Positions 1 to 11,110 of a stretch of DNA of 64,000 nt are shown one piece after another. The stretch is from Octopus bimaculoides (lineage: Eukaryota): assembly GCF_001194135.2 (NCBI RefSeq), contig NC_068983.1:143222394-143286393 (forward strand), in the 5' to 3' direction. The notes beneath the pieces are model-generated. The model was given only the letters and a program-made list of their open reading frames with translations. It searched no databases and was not told the origin of the DNA. The first letter of the stretch is position 1. Each line of letters opens with the position of its first letter. The position numbers and the translations under genes are program-made.

Positions 1-363
1 AAAAAATCCTAGGGGCTTGAATCAGAAGAGAGATAGACATTTCCTTTGAATAGATTCTAGTCTATCTCACGTAACACTCCCAGATGATTTGTGACCTACC
101 AGTAACATGTAAATATGCTATATGAAATATATCCCATGGTCTGAACTCAAAACCTGTGGAACAATAATCTGACACTATCAATTTCTACAAAAGACATATC
201 GAGGGAGGGTGAAGAAAATGAGGTTGTGTGATAATGATGCCTTTCACCTAAAAGCATAAATAATGTAACATTAATTGTTTACAACTGAGAATAAAAAAAA
301 AGGAGTTGCTCGATTTTCTGCCTGGGAACCTTTCTCCCACCCACTCTCTCTTCTCTCTCTGTT

Positions 364-394
<31 letters not shown>

Positions 395-456
395 TTCTTT
401 CTCTCTCTCTCTCTCTATATCTCTCTCTCTCTCTCTCTCTCTCCCTCTCTCTCTCC
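364..456. repeat. Compound (CA)n/(CT)n microsatellite
   Basis: Directly visible dinucleotide runs. Confidence 0.95.
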
Positions 457-687
457 TTTGATATTTTCTAAACAAATAGCTCAATAATGTATTGATTTCC
501 CTAACGATGAAAATCATTAGGGAAATCAATATATTAATGATATGGTTTGAAACAGCCCTGTGTAAATGTATTTAATTCAGTTCTCTATACATTTAGAGTT
601 CAAATGTCAACAGGAGAGATTTAGATTTAGCATTCCTTCTTGGAGTTGGAGAAGGGGAGGATAAAATAAGTTTCCCTTATGTATTGA

Positions 688-766
688 GTGGTAGTGGTGG
701 CAGTGGTGGTGGCAATGGTAGCAGTGACATTGGTGGTGGTGGTGGTGGTGGTGGTGGTGAGGTGGC
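688..766. repeat. Imperfect (GGT)n microsatellite
   Basis: Run of ggtggtggt with degenerate flanks. Confidence 0.9.
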
Positions 767-1384
767 AGTTGACAGTTTCCAGAGAAGATTAGTATTGTAA
801 GTTAAGTGAATTAGAATCAAAGTAAATTGTAAGTTAAGTGAATTGGCTAATCACCAGGAATCAAAACCAAATCAGAATGAGCCAATGCGATGCCTCTTGG
901 TAATCACTTAACCTATTAGAAATAGCAGCCAAATATCTCAGAAGTCATATTCAATAGTTTTTAAAAATAGAACAGCATATGGCAACAACAGTCAGATCAG
1001 AACCTTTTGCTTTCTATGGTACTCTCCACACACACACACAATATGTGGTTATTCAACCTACTAGAAACAGCTACCACATTCCTTCAAATCAACCTCTGGC
1101 TCCATAGACATGTTATCTCCTTGATCTGCCTTTCCTACCATTATTTCAATGCCCTCTGCTTTTCAGAAGTAGCTAGTTACATAACATATTTTAACTCAAA
1201 CATTCCCAGCACACTTCTACCTCTCTTTCTCACTTCCATCAATTATACTGTTCTCTGGGAATGAAACATTACTGTTGTGCACAGTCAGTAGATGATATCT
1301 TTGACAGAAAATGACCAAGGAAGTTGCAGGATGAACTGGTGAGGTCAGAATTCAAGATGATGAAACTTCCATCCATTCATTCAC

Positions 1385-1760
1385 CTTCTCCTCTCACTAT
1401 TCCCTGGAGAATTGTTGTAGTAAAGTTCTCATGCACATCTTCCATAGGATCCTATCAGAAGCAACTATCATTTACACATCCAGCTAGATTCCCAAGCACA
1501 ACCAACAAAGATTACGAATTATTATCCAACTATCTCATTCTTGGTCTATCCCTAGGTCTCCTGCTGACTGGCTCAGCTTGAAGAAACTTTCTTGCAATTT
1601 TTTCCTGTGACATTTTAATCACATGTTCATTGCACTGGATCTGTGACTTCTCAATGCAGGGAAGCAACAGCTTGACCTGGAGAGACTCTCTGATCTACAA
1701 GTTATGCATCCTGTCAAATAATGGAGGAAACCCATTTCAATCGCTTGTATGATAGAACTT
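1385..1760 (-). mobile_element. RTE-clade LINE 3' remnant (degenerate)
   Basis: Reverse complement of 1523-1562 reads R-R-P-R-D-R-P-R-M-R-*-L-D, matching the RTE ORF C-terminal 'RRPRGRPRxRWxD' motif. A DRxLW-like segment follows. Stops are present and the boundaries are approximate. Confidence 0.6.
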
Positions 1761-1789
1761 CACAGATAGAATAACATAGAACTGAGTCT

Positions 1790-2750
1790 AGTTGTTATTC
1801 AACCTTAGGCGAACCCTGACTGAGAATACCAATGATCAAAAGCATTCTAGCCATCACCATCCCATCATTTTAAAGGTATGTAAGGATACACAATTTAATG
1901 TAGTTCTCCTTACTTAAGAAAGTAGAGGTCTATGATTTGAGAGAGACTTGGCTGCAATTTCTTGTTGGTTGAGTAACCATACAAAGGACCCCTCATTGGT
2001 TTGAATGGCATTAGTAACTAATGTAGAATGTTGCTGTTGTTTAACCCTAAACAAGACCTATGATCAAAAGTATTCCAACTATGACCATCACATTTAATTT
2101 TTTCTCTAACAATGTATCTTCATTCTTTAGGCCCTCAGCTCCTGAGAAAGTTTTGGGGCATCATCATAATATTTGATGTCTCTTGGGTATTTTAAACCAG
2201 ATGAAGTCTATCCCTCTTCAGATATGAACTTGGCTGATTTTTCTGAGAGAGAAAGTGAGAAAAAAAATCAACTCCTAGTGCTGGACTGCTGTTTTATTTA
2301 TAAACCTTGAAACAATGAAAGGGCAAAGTTCACCTTGGTGGAATTTGAATTTCAAGTGTGGAGGACTGCAATGAATACCATAGGACAGCCTATCTAATGT
2401 TCTAATATCTGCCAGCTTGCCACCAAGGACAACATTATCCAAACACTTTTCTTTCATATCTTAAGACAAGAGAGATTTAGCTGCTATTTCTAGGAAGTTG
2501 AACAACCACATAGAAATTTCTTTGTTGGCTCAACTAATCATTGTTTAGCCCCAGATCAATGTTGACAGAGTAAACCTATGATCAAAAATGTTCCAACAGT
2601 GACCATCCTGTCTTTGTAGAATTATCTAGGATTACTTTATGAAATATTAAATGTATCTTTTGATTTAATGACAGCAGGCAGGGTATAATTTGTGGGAGAT
2701 TTGGCTGTTGTTTCTTGGAGGAAAACAACCACATAGACATTTCCACCCCC
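1790..2750. mobile_element. Cluster of about 4 same-orientation copies of an unclassified interspersed repeat ('ttggctgctatttcta' family)
   Basis: Recurring blocks 'cctatgatcaaaagcattcc..gaccatcc' and 'gatttggctgctatttctag..aaccacatag' at about 1792-2001, 2030-2250, 2440-2535 and 2541-2745. The same family recurs across the window. Confidence 0.75.
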
Positions 2751-2862
2751 ACCCAGCACAAAGCAGTATTTGTGGACTGTATGGTTTCAGGGTTATTTCT
2801 CTTTGTCGGCACAGAATAATTCCCAAAATGGGACTGCCACATTAGGTTGGCAAAAAAATGTT

Positions 2863-2866
<4 letters not shown>

Positions 2867-2901
<35 letters not shown>
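2867..2901. repeat. (AT)n microsatellite
   Basis: Direct. Confidence 0.95.
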
Positions 2902-2905
<4 letters not shown>

Positions 2906-2916
2906 TAAATATATTG

Positions 2917-3096
2917 TCTTTTACTTGTTTCAGTCATTGGACTGCAGCCATACTAAGGGCAATGTCTTGAAGAGTTTTAGTCAAATAAATCGACCCCAAC
3001 ATTTATATTTCATTTTCATAAGTATGGCACTTATTCTTTTGGTCTTTTTGCTGAACACTAAGTTACAGGGATGCAAAGAAACCAACACAAGTTGTC

Positions 3097-3156
<60 letters not shown>

Positions 3157-3390
3157 GGAGACATGCACAAACATAAATCACACACACATAGACCTATACA
3201 TATATGTTTAATGATAGTCTTTACATACATATATAATGACAGTATTTCAGTTTCCATTTACCAAATTTATTCATAAGGCTCTGGTCAGCCTGGAGCTATA
3301 TTTGAGGATACTTGCCCAGGGTGTAGCACAGTGGGACAGAATCTGAAACCCAGTGGTTACAAAGCAAGCTCCTTTACCACACAACCAGGC
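2917..3390 (-). mobile_element. tRNA-derived SINE, near full length (tRNA head, internal (CA)/(CT) repeat, 3' body)
   Basis: Reverse complement matches the plus-strand copies at 13667-14050 and 58333-58700 (degenerate Pol III A/B-box head, tail 'aatgactgaaacaagtaaaaga'). Confidence 0.85.
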
Positions 3391-3410
3391 TCATATATAT
3401 GAGTATGTGT

Positions 3411-3555
3411 ATTTATTATTCTTTAACAAGAATAATGTTGACAGTGACTTTGAAGTTTTGGCCAGGTAAGCCATCATTGGACAGTCCAATGATGACTTAG
3501 CTGGCTGAAACTTCGAAGTCACTGTCAATATCATTCTTGTTAAAGAATAATAAAT
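3411..3555. repeat. 145-bp palindrome (72-bp inverted arms, 1-nt loop); possible palindromic MITE or hairpin RNA
   Basis: 3411-3482 is the reverse complement of 3484-3555 with 7 mismatches by manual alignment. Confidence 0.95.
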
Positions 3556-4014
3556 TTATACTTTACCAAAAGTATTGAGTAATTCTTCAGTAAATGACAA
3601 ATGAGGGCTCTGCAACTTCTTGTGAACAACTTGCATGGATGGTTTGTTGTAGCGGTAGTCATTGGTCTGTTGGTTGTGTGGTGTTCATACAGCAACGATG
3701 TAGGCAGGCATCTTGTGAAGATGAAAGCAGAGACTGACTAGTGTCAGATACATCATTGTCAGAGATGAGCTGCATGTGGTCAGTGGTGTGTGCCAAAGAC
3801 CTAGTGCAATCAAGAACTGCCATTCTTATAGAAATCAGGAGGTCCCCAGGGCTGGTGATTAATTTCCCATGTAAGGAAAAACAATCTGTTGTGCCAACAT
3901 GATTGGACAGCTGGAAACCAACCAATATGAACACCAAGTTTGGCTAATTACAAAGTCATGTGATCTGCTGGAAAGAAAAGGCCTGCAGAGCTGATAACCT
4001 GGTATTTAAGCCTT

Positions 4015-4300
4015 AACAGCTCACAATGAAAACATCTCACACATAATGACAGTATAAATCACTTCTGCTACATAGTGATCAAATAGTTGTGCTGCACATT
4101 AGCTCATTCCCTCCATCAAAATGACATTGTCTGTACAGGTGTGTGGTACAGGTGTGTGGTATGCTTTACATCATGTCGAAGTGATTGCAGAGCAACAAGG
4201 AATTAAATGTTTTGCACAAGAAAACAAAACACCATCTGGTCTGGGAATTGAAACCTTGATCACAAGATTGTGAGTGTAACACCCTAACTACAAAACCATG
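4015..4300 (-). mobile_element. tRNA-derived SINE (second family), degenerate
   Basis: 'gagcaacaaggaattaaatgttttgcacaagaaaacaa..gggaattgaaacc' is a reverse B-box-like head, with a related copy at about 10180-10360. Contains a 13-bp tandem duplication tacaggtgtgtgg (4134-4159). Confidence 0.6.
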
Positions 4301-4928
4301 ATAGAGAAATTCAAAGCATTGCTTAGGTTCAATGTCTACAGAAGATTTGTACTCAAGTCCTAAAGGCAGCATTCAGCTCTTTCTATCGTATATTTGCATG
4401 TTATTGCTTATAGCTTTATGTGTGTACTTCAAGGTACACTATTCCCCACCCACCCAATATATTTATATATATGTACTTACATATGTATGTAATAGGAAGT
4501 TGGCATTAAAAAATATAATTTTTAAAAATGCCTATTTTATAAAGAAAGATGTAGTTTTAGGGAAAGCCAGCATGTTTTGCAAATCTAAGAAAAAAAAATG
4601 GAATTCAAATTATGATAATGATATAAAATATGATTAAAAATAGAGATTTGTGACTTTTAATTAAAAAAGGAGTTTGAGGAAGCATAATAATTGTTGGCCT
4701 AAATATTTGCTCATGCTTGCAAATAAATGACCAAGATATATAAAACAGAGCTGTAGTTGAACAGACGTACTTTTAGAATAGTTAATAAAAGCTTTAGCCA
4801 TTTCAATCAATATTTCTAGTAAAGAGTGAAATAAAACCAGAAGGAAAATTGGCAGAAACTCCATGGAAGGTTTCCAATATCTCAGGAGAACTAGAAATAG
4901 GTCATAAATATATATTTGAAGACCCTTT

Positions 4929-4984
4929 CTACTACTACTACTACTACTACTACTGCTGCTGCTGCTGATAATAATAATAATAAT
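4929..4984. repeat. (CTA)n(CTG)n(ATA)n compound trinucleotide repeat
   Basis: Direct. Confidence 0.95.
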
Positions 4985-5198
4985 AGTCTCAAATTTTGGC
5001 ACAAGGCCAGTGATTTTAGGAGGAGGGGTAAGTTGATTACATCAACCCCAGTGTTCAGCTGGTACTTATTTTATTGGTCCTGAAAGGATGAAAGGCAAAG
5101 TCAATCCCAGTGGAATCTGAACTCAGAATGTAAAAGTGGACAAAAAACAGCTAAGCATTTTGCTCAGTGTGCTAACAATTCTGCCAGCTCACCACCTT

Positions 5199-5199
<1 letters not shown>
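4985..5199 (-). mobile_element. tRNA-derived SINE (family A) copy 1
   Basis: On the minus strand it begins AAGGTGGTGAGCTGGCAGAAT (A-box-like) and contains GAGTTCAGATTCC (B-box-like). Body '..gcctttcatcctttcagg..aaaataagtaccag'; (ATT)n tail. Confidence 0.85.

Positions 5200-5269
<70 letters not shown>
5200..5269. repeat. (AAT)n microsatellite
   Basis: Direct. Confidence 0.95.
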
Positions 5270-5607
5270 TCACCTTTGGAAACATAGGTGTTTTGCTCAA
5301 CATCCTTAAACAAACCTTATTCAGGGGCCTTTTGAGCAGGATGGGCTACTTGACCTGAAGAAAATTCTAACTGGGCCCCACCTGCGTGGTCATGCGCTGT
5401 TTATTTTGATATGAGATCACCATGTCATGCACATATGGTTGTGATGCATGTGCCTGGTGTACCCTTATCAGACAGGTAGTCATGATGGGTATAATTGGCT
5501 TCGTATATTTTACCCCAGTGCCACTTTGATGGCATGAATTGCTCTGGTGCACAGAGCTGCGCTCGGTAGTGAAGTGAAAGCATGTTATAAAAATAAAACT
5601 ACTGAAC
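5270..5607. mobile_element. Interspersed repeat of a different family, inserted between two (AAT)n tracts
   Basis: A GC-richer block of about 340 bp ('ccttattcagggg..gaagaaaattctaactgggccccacc..gatcaccatgtc..') bounded by AAT runs. It resembles a repeat I recall from octopus sequence; not verified. Confidence 0.6.
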
Positions 5608-5637
<30 letters not shown>

Positions 5638-5638
<1 letters not shown>

Positions 5639-7017
5639 GTTTCAAATTTTGGCACAAGGCCATCTATTCTGGGGGAGTGGGTAGGTCAATTACATCGACC
5701 CTAATGCTCAACTGGTGCTTATTATATTGTCCCCAAAAGGGATGAAATGCAAAGTTAACCTAGGTGGAATTTGAACTCAAAACATAATGAGTTGGATGAA
5801 ATGTTACAGTGCACTTATCTGAAGTTCTAACAATTCTGTCAATTTACCACCTTAATAATGATAATACTCCTTTCTACAACAGGCATAAAACCTGAAATTT
5901 TTTTGGCGGGGGAGTGGGGCTAGTTGATTAGATCAACTCCAGTGCTTAGCTGGTATTTATTCTATCAACCCAAGAAAATGAAAGGCAGAATTGACCCTGG
6001 CAGAATTTGAACTCAGAATGTAAAGACAGATGAAATGCCACTAAGCATTTTATCTATAGTGCTAACAATTCTGCCAGCTCACCACCTTTGGAATATTCAA
6101 TATTGATTTCAAATTTTGGCACAAGGCCGGAAAGTTTGGGTGGAAGGGGAAAGTCACTTACATTGTTCCAATTACCCAACAGGTACTTATTTTATCAACC
6201 CCCAAAAGGATGAAAGGCAAAGTCGACCTCCACAGAATTTGAATTCAATGTAATGAGAGATGAAAATGCCATTTTGCCTCGTATGCTAACTGTTCTCTCA
6301 GCTCATCACCTTTAGAATATTCAGTATTGGTTTCAAATTTTAGCACAAGGCCAGCAAGTTCAGGGGTGGCAGGTAAGTCAATTACATTGACCCCAATACT
6401 CAACTGGTACTCGTTTTATTGGCCCCCAAAAGGACGAAAGACAAAGTCAACCTCAGTGGAATTTGAACTCATAACAGAAAGACAGATGAAATGTTGCTAA
6501 GCATTTTGACTACCGTGCAAATGATTCAGCCAGCTTGACATCTTTTTAGAATATCAAATGTTCTTTTCTATTCTAGGCACAAGGCCTGAAATTTTGGGGG
6601 AGAGAGACAGTCAATAAAATTGACCCCAGTACACAACTGGTACTTAATTTATTACCCCCCCCCCCCAAAAAAAAAGATGAAAAGCAAAGTCAACCTCGGC
6701 AGAATTTGAACTCAGAATGTCAAGACAGACAAAATACTGCTAAGCATTTTGCTTGGCGTGCTAACATTCCTGCTAGCTCATTGCCTTAAAATATTTAATA
6801 TTCTTTACTACTCTAGACATAAGGCCTGAAATTTTGGGGGAAGGGGCCAGTCAATTAGATCGACCCCAGTACACAACTGGTACTTAATTTATCGACCCCA
6901 AACGGATAAAAGGCAAAGTCAACTTCAGCAGAATTTAAACTGAGAACATAAAGACAGACGAAATACCGCTAAGCATTTTGCCTAGCATGCTAATGTTTCT
7001 GCCAGCTCACCACCTTA
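5638..7017 (-). mobile_element. Head-to-tail array of six family-A SINE copies
   Basis: Copies at about 5638-5853, 5869-6089, 6105-6313, 6329-6547, 6563-6787 and 6803-7017. Each carries 'ggtacttatttta..aaaggatgaaaggcaaagtc..gaatttgaactc..gctaac..ccagctcaccacctt'. Two end types occur (ggtttcaaattttggcac and ctactctaggcac). Confidence 0.92.
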
Positions 7018-7205
7018 AAGAATATTTAATATTAACAACACTTTATATATGTGTTTGTTTCAATATGATGTACTTCAACTTAATATAAACAAGAGAGTAT
7101 GTAGCAAAAGAAAACAACATTGAGAATACCTTGTATGTGTCAGTTGGGATATTTTCATTAGTAGTGCAGCCTGATATTAACTAAACAGTTAGAATATATT
7201 TGGTG

Positions 7206-7207
7206 TA

Positions 7208-7239
<32 letters not shown>

Positions 7240-7311
7240 TGCACACACACACACACACACACACACACAGATACACAGACATGCACACACTCACACACAT
7301 ACACACACACC
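7206..7311. repeat. Imperfect (CA)n microsatellite
   Basis: Direct. Confidence 0.95.
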
Positions 7312-7689
7312 AGGTATGGACTTGTGATCCTTCAGAAAATTTTGTGCAAGATGTTAGAAAATATAGTTTTTGTTTGGTTAAAGTTGTAGTCTGCAGAGTC
7401 ACAATTCTTGATCCACTGTGTACAGCATACAAAAGAAATGTAGGATTGTTACTCCCAAGGCCACTTGGCTGATTGAGATTAACTAAACAGATTCTTAGAT
7501 GTGTTTTTTCTAAACTAATTTTTATGGACGTTCAGGTATCTGAGAATTTTGATGGCTTTCTAAGTGGAATTTCCACTGGTGATGATACTCATTTGACAGT
7601 TCTGATCTCTGGTTTAAAGTTGTAACAAGTTGTTTTAGTTAGGTAAAGTCTACAGATCTAAGCTCTGTTATAGTATTATTTGTTCTTTC

Positions 7690-7930
7690 TCGAGCCATAC
7701 CTAGCTCATAAGGGCCGGTTTCCTTGTTTCATTGGCATATAGTTTCCCCACCAGGACAGGATGCCAGTCCATCACAGGTGAGCTGTGAGATGCAGAAGGA
7801 AAGAGTGAGAGAAAGTTGTGGCAAAAGAGTCAGCAGAAGTTCACCATTACCTTCTGCCGGAGCTGTATGGAGCTTAGGTGTTTTGCTCGTAAACACACCC
7901 ATTGCCCAGTCTGAGATTCAAACCCATGAG
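7690..7930 (-). mobile_element. SINE with V-domain-like core
   Basis: Reverse complement of about 7746-7778 is cctgtgatggactggcatcctgtcctggtgggg, resembling the V-SINE central domain (CCTGCGATGGACTGGCGTCCCGTCCAGGG). A B-box-like 'gattcaaaccc' lies near 7915. Confidence 0.55.
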
Positions 7931-8040
7931 CCTGGTGCAGCTGCTAGCTTTCCAGACCTCAGTCAAACCGTCCAACCCATGCCAATATGGAAAATGGATG
8001 TTAAACGATGATGATGATTATGATGATGATGGTGATAATG
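7930..8040 (+). mobile_element. RTE-type 3' tail fragment ending in (GAT)n
   Basis: 'caaaccgtccaacccatgccaatatggaaaatggatgttaaacgatgatgatg' has the same architecture as the LINE 3' end at 52290-52341. Confidence 0.8.
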
Positions 8041-8488
8041 ATACATGTGAGGAAGAGAGAGAATGAGACGGATAGAAAAAGAAAGAGAGGGAGAGAGGAG
8101 GAGGGAGAAAGTGAGGTGGATGAAGGTTTTTTTGAACCAAAGTAGGTGTGCTGGAATTGGTTTAAAAATTTAGAAATTAAATTTTATGAGACTGTCTCTT
8201 AGCTTAGAGTCTTGTTGGTTGTGAAATGTTTTTACCAAGATATTGAGAAATGTCCATCTATAAATAATGATAATAAAAAAAAAGTTTCAAAAGAATTACA
8301 TTTTAAATATTGAACAAAAATGAATATTAACAAACTGACATATTTGCATTTGAAAGTAGATACTTGGAAAGAAAATCATCTCGTGGTCAAATTTATTTCC
8401 TGTCCATGAACAAATGAGATAATTTGAAGAAGCAGTACCGCATGAGGTTTATAATTAGAACTTCATCATTATTGTTGTTATCATAATC

Positions 8489-8746
8489 ATCATCATCATT
8501 AGCATCATCATCTTAATGTCTACTTTTCCATGTTTGCATGGGCCAGATGGAATTTGTTGAGTTGGATTTTCTATGGTTGGATGCTATTTTTGTCACCAAC
8601 CATCAACTGTTTTCAAATAAGGTAAATATTTTCTCATGACCAGTTACATTTTCATGGAAGATTGGAAATGAAAGACACAACTTGCATGACAGTGACACTT
8701 GTCTACAACACTCACACAATGTCAAGGTAAGGAGACAGTAACACAC

Positions 8747-8822
<76 letters not shown>

Positions 8823-8962
8823 ACTCACACCTACATATACATATGAGAGTTTCTTATAGTTTCTGTCTACCATGTTCACTCACAAAGCTTTGGTTGACCT
8901 GGGGTTATAGTAGAAGACATTTTCCCAAGGTGTCGTGCAATGGGACTAAACCATGAATCATG
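8489..8962 (-). mobile_element. Composite SINE: tRNA head, (GT)n, body and RTE-type (GAT)n tail
   Basis: Head at 8845-8962 matches 13667-13826. (CA)n at about 8749-8818. Tail '(cat)n..ttttccatg..gcatggg' at 8489-8545. Confidence 0.75.
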
Positions 8963-9509
8963 TTTGGAACATTTTAGAATTTAATTCAGCATTTGTTTCT
9001 GTGCAGATCAAAATAAACGTTAAAGAAACTTTTATTTGAGTTGGTGAATAAATAATGTATTCAACTTCACCCTTTTAGATTTAGAGCTCATATCTTTGAA
9101 TTTTTTATTTGTTTTTCTCATTCTTCTGGGCATAATAAAATATGTCCTAGTCAATTACTCAAGTTGATTCCTTGATTATGTGCCTCCTCTGGAAATCAGT
9201 GACATTGTGACAAATACATAAAAAAAAATCATTCAGACTTAATTGAAATTCAATTGTATCAACCATAAAGTGTTTTGTTGACAGTTTTAAAATATATCTT
9301 AGCCATTGTTTCTACCAATTATTGATTATTGTCTGCTTAATCCATTCAAACAACAGTATATGATACAGAGAGGTTGCCAACAATTTTTGAGAGCTTAGTG
9401 TTGGGATTTTAAAACTATAAAAAGTTATAATGCATAAAATATATGGTGGAGCAATGTACAGATAGTAGTGTAATGCTAAAATTATTCGTTTTTGTATTTT
9501 CTTGAATCA

Positions 9510-9540
9510 TATATACATACATACATACATACATACATTC

Positions 9541-9621
<81 letters not shown>

Positions 9622-9730
9622 TAGATATACACATACATACACATATATACACACACACACACACATATATATATATGTATATATACACATACACACAACC
9701 ACACACACATGTTTATATGTATGTATATAC
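9510..9730. repeat. Compound (ATAC)n(AT)n(AG)n(AC)n microsatellite
   Basis: Direct; it accounts for the three overlapping low-complexity ORFs. Confidence 0.95.
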
Positions 9731-10989
9731 TTATGTTAATTCTGTCAAAATTAGGCTTAAAGGTTGACAAGTACTTTCGGTTGTGTATGTAATAACCATA
9801 AAACATGGCTGCTGTTGTTTGGTGAGGTCAGACAAATGGGGATTAAATGTGTTCAAATTTGATGTGGATTATTGTCACAGTCTACTGTTTGAATTTATAT
9901 TGTTGGAGCACGACAGAATACTGATTGTCTGGCTTTCTTTTAAATACATTATTACATTGTTCTCAAATACCATGACAGCAACAAACCATTGACAATACTT
10001 CTACTTGGTTGCTTTGCTTCACAGGAAAAGCATCTAAATCTTTCTCCAAAAATTTCACTTTACTGTCCTATATAAAGATAGAACACATTAGATATTGTAC
10101 TACCACAAGACTTAGGTCTTTCATGCACCCAAGGACTCATAAGTTGAAGCTTAACCTGGTCTCCACAGAGGATAAATGACCGAGATTGCAACACTACCCC
10201 ATGACCAGGATACAGTTCTGTTTCAAGCTTAACTTCTAACTCATTTACAACCAAATGGACTGGAGCAACAGGAAATGAAATGGTTTGCTCAAGAAAACAA
10301 TGCACTGTCTGGTCCAGCAATTGAAACCATGATCTTATGATTGTACTACTACATATCCCTAAATAGATGATAGCATAGTCAAGGTTGGAATACCTATCAT
10401 AGGTTCTGCCAAGTCTGGACTGACCTGGAGCTGCATAAACAACAACACTAACAACAGCAATCAATTTATAACTTACTGCATCCCCACAATTGTAAATCAG
10501 TAACAACAACTCGTCAATGACTCTCACATAGATATGATTACTTACAACATTAGATATATATCTTTTAGCCTCTAACATCACAGCAAAAGAATGGCAAAAT
10601 GCATTATTGCTACATATGGTAGGTGATGAACTGAGATGAATCCATAAAACACTTTACTTGCACAAATACAGATACAATAAAACAATTGAAGCTTACGTCA
10701 CACTGACTTCAATAAAAGAACCTAACCATCTTGTTAAGAACATCACTTTGTGCTCTATGATTTCAAGCTTGATCTCAGTAAAAGACACGTTAGGGATGTA
10801 TCCCTTACTCTTCCTAGAGAAGGTTAATGCCTTGTGAGCGGAATTTAGTACACATAGAACTATGTAGAGGATTCTGTTGTGCTTGTGTTTGTGTGAATGG
10901 AAATATAGGGTTGTGGTGTGTGTGTTTGTGTGCTGATGTAAAACTGTGTCAAGTCATGTTCTTTTATGTAAAAAGAAAAACTTAGCCAT

Positions 10990-11110
10990 TCAATAAACAA
11001 AGATTGATAAAATAAGTACTCGGTCAAAATAAGTACTGAGCTCAATTTGATTGACTAAAAGTTGAAAGCAGCGCCTTGCCAGGATCACAGTCCAATGACT
11101 GAAACCTGAA
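10990..11110 (+). mobile_element. 3' body fragment of the tRNA-SINE
   Basis: 'gataaaataagtact..cagtccaatgactgaaac' as at 58600-58700. Confidence 0.6.

Noticed and set aside
794-844. Perfect 19-bp direct repeat (attgtaagttaagtgaatt at 794-812 and 826-844)
   Set aside because: Real, but most simply a local slippage duplication. The 13-bp interval is too short for an insertion with TSD. Similar cases occur at about 20827/20871 and 37439/37461.
6091-7033. CRISPR-like repeat/spacer geometry
   Set aside because: The 'spacers' are homologous SINE copies of about 215 bp, the context is eukaryotic and there are no cas genes. It is kept only as a retroposon array.
10060-10581. Longest ORF in the track (173 aa)
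   Set aside because: It overlaps recognisable SINE and repeat fragments (about 10180-10450) and shows no domain-like motif. Probably a chance open frame.
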